From the IMG/VR virus record IMGVR_UViG_3300026546_000001, positions 94,296 through 158,295 of that record: a stretch of DNA of 64,000 nucleotides; one strand, 5' to 3'. Shown here piece by piece: positions 59,219 through 64,000 of the stretch (positions are counted from its first letter, which is position 1; each line of letters begins with the position of its first letter). The notes under the pieces are model-generated. The model had not been told where the DNA came from, ran no database searches, and saw nothing but the letters and a program-made list of their open reading frames with translations. The stretch is from a virus (lineage: Duplodnaviria; Caudoviricetes). The translations under genes were made by a program, and so were the position numbers.

Positions 59219-60931
59219 ATGACTGAACAAGAAATACTAAATATAATCAATAAACAAGATACTTCTGGAATGTTGTCTAGAGAAAAATATTTAAATAAAC
59301 ATTATCCAGAAGTATTACAATATATTAAAAATTTTGCAAAAAAATATAATTTTATAAATATGTCAATTTCTCAATTAAAATGGCATATTAAAAATAAAAT
59401 TTATGAAATTCCTAAATGTAAAACATGCGGTAAAGAATTAAAATTTAAAAATTCTACAATAGGATACCCAAATTTTTGTTCAAAAAGTTGTACGGTAAAA
59501 AATAAAGAAACACAAGAAAAATATAAACAAACAATGTTAAAAAAATATGGTGTTGAACATAATAGTCAAACTGATACATATAAAAAGAAATTTAAAAATA
59601 CAATGTTAAAACGTTATGGTGTTGAACATGCACTTCAAAATGAAAATATTAAAAACAAAATGAAACAAACAACACTTCAGCGTTATGGAAAAACATCAAT
59701 TTTTAAAGTTAAAGAATATCAGGAAAAAATTAAACAAACAATGCTGCAAAAATACGGAAGTACTTGTGCAATTTCTTCAGATACCATTAAAAATAAAATT
59801 AAACAAACTGTTTTAAAACGATATGGAGTAAATAGTATTTTACAAGATAAAACAACTAGACAAAAAATATCTAAAACAACAAAAAATAATACAATTCTAA
59901 AATATAAAAAAGAATTCAATAATGTTAAACAAATCATTAATATAATAGATTCTAATAATATATTAATAAAATGTGAAAAATGTAATGAAAATCGCTCAAT
60001 AAATAATGTTAATATATTACGTTATAGATTAAAACACAACTTACCAATATATTGCACTGAATGCTTAAAACAAGAATATATATCAAATTTTCAAACTGAA
60101 CTTCAACTATTTTTAAATAAATTAAATGTTAATTATACTAGAAACAATAGATCTATAATTTCACCTTTAGAATTAGATATTTATATTCCAGAATATGATT
60201 TAGCAATTGAAACAAATGGAATTTATTGGCATAGTGAATTATTCAAGGATAAATTCTATCATCAAAATAAACTAAATTTATCAAAAAATAAAAATATTCG
60301 ACTAATTCAAATATGGGAAGATGATTGGTATTTAAAACAAAATATAATTAAGCACAGACTTAATATAATATTTAATAAAGAAAAAGTTCTATACGCTAGA
60401 AAATGTGAAATTAAAGAATTAAATTCTAAAGAATATAGACAATTTTTAAATATATATCATCTTCAAGGTTATGTTACAACAAAGATTAAATTAGGTTTAT
60501 TTTATAATAATGAATTAGTTTCTGCTATTGGATTTGGAAGTTTAAGAAAATCAATGAATCAACAATCTAAAGAAAATGAATATGAACTTTATCGTTTTGC
60601 TGAAAAACACCATGTAGTTGGTGGACTTGCAAAATTATTTAAATATTTTATTAAACAATATAATCCAACTAAAATTACAACATATCAAGATTTAGATTGG
60701 GGATATAGTAATTTATATGAAAAGTTAGGGTTTAAATTAGAAAAAATAACTGATCCAAGCTATTTTTATGTTGTAAATGGAATTCGTGAAAATAGATATA
60801 AATACAGAAAACAACAACTAATAAAAGAAGGCTTTGATGAAAATAAAACTGAACACGAAATAATGTTAGAACGTGGATATTATAAAATTTATAATTCTGG
60901 TAATATAAAATGGATTTGGACAAATAAATAA
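59219..60931 (+). CDS. Repeat-array nuclease #3 (Hef-like)
   Basis: 5 divergent 23-aa repeats, CxxC pairs, ELDIYIP..IETNGIYWHS and the same GNAT-like C-terminus. Confidence 0.8.
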   Translation: MTEQEILNIINKQDTSGMLSREKYLNKHYPEVLQYIKNFAKKYNFINMSISQLKWHIKNKIYEIPKCKTCGKELKFKNSTIGYPNFCSKSCTVKNKETQEKYKQTMLKKYGVEHNSQTDTYKKKFKNTMLKRYGVEHALQNENIKNKMKQTTLQRYGKTSIFKVKEYQEKIKQTMLQKYGSTCAISSDTIKNKIKQTVLKRYGVNSILQDKTTRQKISKTTKNNTILKYKKEFNNVKQIINIIDSNNILIKCEKCNENRSINNVNILRYRLKHNLPIYCTECLKQEYISNFQTELQLFLNKLNVNYTRNNRSIISPLELDIYIPEYDLAIETNGIYWHSELFKDKFYHQNKLNLSKNKNIRLIQIWEDDWYLKQNIIKHRLNIIFNKEKVLYARKCEIKELNSKEYRQFLNIYHLQGYVTTKIKLGLFYNNELVSAIGFGSLRKSMNQQSKENEYELYRFAEKHHVVGGLAKLFKYFIKQYNPTKITTYQDLDWGYSNLYEKLGFKLEKITDPSYFYVVNGIRENRYKYRKQQLIKEGFDENKTEHEIMLERGYYKIYNSGNIKWIWTNK

Positions 60932-60933
60932 TT

Positions 60934-62775
60934 ATGATACTAAATAAAAAAATAACAATTAATATAACAAATAAAAACGTTAGTTATTATAAAAAATTAG
61001 GATATAACGCTAAATCAAATGAAAAATTAACAATAAATGTATTAGATTTAACTAAAGGATCTAAAGAAATTGTAGAAATACAATGCGATTATTGTAATAA
61101 AATATTTACAGGTGTATATAAACGTTTTGTAAAAGAAGAAAAACATAGTTGTGGTAATAAATCTTGTAAATTACAAAAAACTAAAGAAACAAATTTAAAA
61201 AAATATGGAGTAGAAAATGTTTATCAATCAAAAAATATAAAAGATAAAATAAAACAAACTAATTTAAAACGATATGGTGTAGAAAATCCTAGTCAATCTA
61301 AAAAAATACAAGAAAAAATAAAATATAATAACTTTAAAAAATATGGAGTGGAACATACGTTACAAATTGAAAAAATTAGAGAAAAAGGAAAACAAACATT
61401 ATTAAAAAAATATGGAGTAGAACATCCAATGTATTCTTCAGAAATAAAAGAAAAATTAAAACAAACAAATTTAAAAAAATATAATACAGAATACGCAAAT
61501 CAATCTAAAATTGTTAAAGAAAAAACAAAACAAACAAATTTTAAAAAATATGGAGTTGAATGTTTTTCAAAAACAAAAGAATATAAAGAAAAAACAAAAC
61601 AAACAAATTTAAAAAAATTTAATGTAGAATATCCTACACAATCTAAAGAAATACAAGAAAAAACAAAACAAACAAATTTAAAACGATATGGTGTAAAAAA
61701 TTACTCACAATCAAAACAATATAAAGAAAATAATAAAATAAAATGGATACAAATACAAAAAAATAGATTTAACGATTATGATATTATATCATTTAATTAT
61801 GATAAACGAGAATTAACATTTAAGTGCGATAAATGCAATAATGAATATACTGTAAATTGGAAATTTGCATATTATAGAAATAAAGCAAATCAAAATATTT
61901 GTGTATATTGTAATCCAATAAATTCATATTCTAATTTTCATAATGAAATTTGTTATTTTTTAGATAAACTAAATATTAAATATGTTAAAAATGATAGATC
62001 TATTATCTCACCTTTAGAACTAGATATTTATATTCCAGAATATGATTTAGCAATTGAAACAAATGGAGTTTATTGGCATAGTGAATTGTTTAAAGATAAA
62101 TTTTATCATCAAAACAAATTAAATTTAGCAAAAGATAAAAATATTAGATTAATTCAAATATGGGAAGATGATTGGTATTTAAAGCATGATATTATTAAAC
62201 GTAGACTTAAAATAATATTTAACAAAGAAAAAGTTTTATACGCTAGAAAATGTCAAATTAAAGAATTAACAAATAATGAATATAAAGAATTTTTAAATGA
62301 GTATCATCTTCAAGGATATATAGCAACTAAAGTTAAATTAGGATTATATTATAACAATGAATTAGTTTCTGTTATTGGATTTGGTAATTTAAGAAAAAAC
62401 ATGAACCAACAATCTAAAGAAAATGAATATGAATTATATCGTTTTGCAGAAAAATACCATATAGTTGGTGGTTTAAGTAAGCTATTTAAACATTTTATTA
62501 AACAATATAATCCAACTAAAATTATTACATATCAAGATTTAGATTGGGGATATAGTAATTTATATGAAAAACTAGGGTTTAAATTAGAAAAAATAACTAA
62601 TCCAGGGTATTTTTATAGTAAAAATGGAATTCGTGAAAATAGGTTTAAATATAGAAAAGATCAATTAATAAAAGAAGGTTTTGATATAAATAAAACAGAA
62701 CACGAAATAATGTTAGAACGTGGATATTATAAAATTTATAATTCTGGTAATATAAAATGGAATTGGACAAATTAA
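60934..62775 (+). CDS. Repeat-array nuclease #4 (Hef-like), different N-terminal Zn-finger module
   Basis: 8 repeats and the same C-terminal half; converges on the capsid gene. Confidence 0.8.
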   Translation: MILNKKITINITNKNVSYYKKLGYNAKSNEKLTINVLDLTKGSKEIVEIQCDYCNKIFTGVYKRFVKEEKHSCGNKSCKLQKTKETNLKKYGVENVYQSKNIKDKIKQTNLKRYGVENPSQSKKIQEKIKYNNFKKYGVEHTLQIEKIREKGKQTLLKKYGVEHPMYSSEIKEKLKQTNLKKYNTEYANQSKIVKEKTKQTNFKKYGVECFSKTKEYKEKTKQTNLKKFNVEYPTQSKEIQEKTKQTNLKRYGVKNYSQSKQYKENNKIKWIQIQKNRFNDYDIISFNYDKRELTFKCDKCNNEYTVNWKFAYYRNKANQNICVYCNPINSYSNFHNEICYFLDKLNIKYVKNDRSIISPLELDIYIPEYDLAIETNGVYWHSELFKDKFYHQNKLNLAKDKNIRLIQIWEDDWYLKHDIIKRRLKIIFNKEKVLYARKCQIKELTNNEYKEFLNEYHLQGYIATKVKLGLYYNNELVSVIGFGNLRKNMNQQSKENEYELYRFAEKYHIVGGLSKLFKHFIKQYNPTKIITYQDLDWGYSNLYEKLGFKLEKITNPGYFYSKNGIRENRFKYRKDQLIKEGFDINKTEHEIMLERGYYKIYNSGNIKWNWTN

Positions 62776-62791
62776 TAATTTAAAATTATAA

Positions 62792-62822
62792 AAAAAAGTT
62801 GGTCAATTTGACCAACTTTTTT
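62792..62822. terminator. Bidirectional intrinsic terminator
   Basis: aaaaaagttggtcaa-t-ttgaccaactttttt between convergent genes. Confidence 0.9.
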
Positions 62823-62844
62823 ATATTTATACGTTGAGTATCTA

Positions 62845-64000
62845 CTATTGTAAGTAACCAACTGTATCTTTAACACGCATAACCATATACTGCTTTTGTG
62901 GAAAGAAACCAACATCAGTAATAGCATAACGAGAACGTAATAACATTCTAGGAGCGAATGTAGCTTCAGAAATCAAGCTAATTGATTGAGCCATTAAGTA
63001 AGGAACAAAAATTACACCTGGTTGATCAGGATTGTTCTTACGACCTAGAAGAATACGATCGTCGTTATATAACATATAAGGATCGATATATACTGTTAAA
63101 TCTCCAACTTGTCCCATTGGATATAATTGTCCATTAGGATTTAAAGCAGCTTTAACAGGGCTAATAGTATAACCAGCAGCAGTTTTAAGAGTTGCAGCTA
63201 ATTTAGCATTAGTTACAATATACTGTGCGGGTCCTATACGACCTTCAGTTGCAATGAAGTTAGAAGCAGCGTCAAGACGAGTTAATAACTTACGTTGTGC
63301 ACTGTTAGTAGTTTCACCACCAGGAGCAGATCCACCGAAATATGCGTCAACATCAAAGTCAAATACAGTATTATAAGGAGCAGTAACACCTGCATGTACA
63401 GGAGCACTTGCACGGTTAGATTCACCAAGTTCGAACAATTTGTAAACAATTTCCTTAGAAATAGTTTGTGAAAGTTCGTTAATAAGTACAGATTCTAGTT
63501 TTGAAACAATATCAATACCAGTTTGAGACTTAATGTCTTCAATTTCTGTACGTTTTAATGCTGAGCTAACTTCTACAGTACCGACTTGTACTCTCTTAGT
63601 TGATACGTTAGGACCAATAACACCAGGATAATGAGCTTCATCTTGCTCACGGTTCATAGAACCAATACGATTAAATCCACTAGAGAATCCAGGAAGATGA
63701 TCTTCAAGAGTAGAAATAAGTTCTACTGAAACATTTGTTACGCCGCCAATAGTATATCCACCTTGTGTTCCATTAGTATCCATTGTTCCATTTTGAAATG
63801 CTTCAACAACAGTTTCCATTTGACCTAAAGTGTTCTTTCTTTGATCGAATACCCAATTTTGACCAGTTGCAGCTGCATTAGTTTGACGGAAAATTCTAAA
63901 CATAGGTTTCTTATCAATACGTGAATAACCTAAGAATTCTACAACGCCTTCAACATTTGATGGATTAGCAGGACCTGAAAAATCAGGTTTAACTTGTCCA
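62845..64000 (-). CDS. Major capsid protein (T4 gp23-like), 5' part beyond the window
   Basis: IEDIKSQTGID...LINELSQTISKEI, VYIDPY, GVIFVPYL, TFAPRMLLRSRY. The frame is open to position 64000 and GC is higher, as expected for a highly expressed gene. Confidence 0.93.
   Translation of the reverse strand, partial: GQVKPDFSGPANPSNVEGVVEFLGYSRIDKKPMFRIFRQTNAAATGQNWVFDQRKNTLGQMETVVEAFQNGTMDTNGTQGGYTIGGVTNVSVELISTLEDHLPGFSSGFNRIGSMNREQDEAHYPGVIGPNVSTKRVQVGTVEVSSALKRTEIEDIKSQTGIDIVSKLESVLINELSQTISKEIVYKLFELGESNRASAPVHAGVTAPYNTVFDFDVDAYFGGSAPGGETTNSAQRKLLTRLDAASNFIATEGRIGPAQYIVTNAKLAATLKTAAGYTISPVKAALNPNGQLYPMGQVGDLTVYIDPYMLYNDDRILLGRKNNPDQPGVIFVPYLMAQSISLISEATFAPRMLLRSRYAITDVGFFPQKQYMVMRVKDTVGYLQ

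Noticed and set aside
1-64000. Stop-codon reassignment as in some Bacteroidota jumbo phages
   Set aside because: Core genes are full length in the standard code, and TAG and TGA occur as real stops (29432, 58831, 12401, 55724).

Overview
A very AT-rich (roughly 20-25% GC by eye), gene-dense 64 kb segment of a lytic jumbo myophage with distant T4-type core genes. Recognisable genes are the major capsid protein (truncated at the right edge), an expanded contractile tail sheath, large and probable small terminase, an SbcCD/gp46-gp47 pair split 9 kb apart, a long-tail-fibre cluster and a 2082-aa baseplate-type protein. TAnnTTTG promoter boxes and the lack of Shine-Dalgarno sequences point to a Bacteroidota host. 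A phage-specific late-promoter motif (AATATATAA) recurs before structural genes. The standard genetic code gives intact genes. Most notable: (1) four paralogous nucleases, each with a variable array of 23-aa repeats, a Zn ribbon, a Vsr/PD-(D/E)XK nuclease and a GNAT/Mom-like domain; (2) free-standing mini-genes copying short pieces of the major capsid protein, including the T4 Gol-peptide region; (3) a ~143-nt structured, promoter-driven ncRNA candidate; (4) proteins with a T4-like capsid-targeting N-terminus, several carrying peptidoglycan-binding domains. All assignments come from motif reading by eye; no searches were run.
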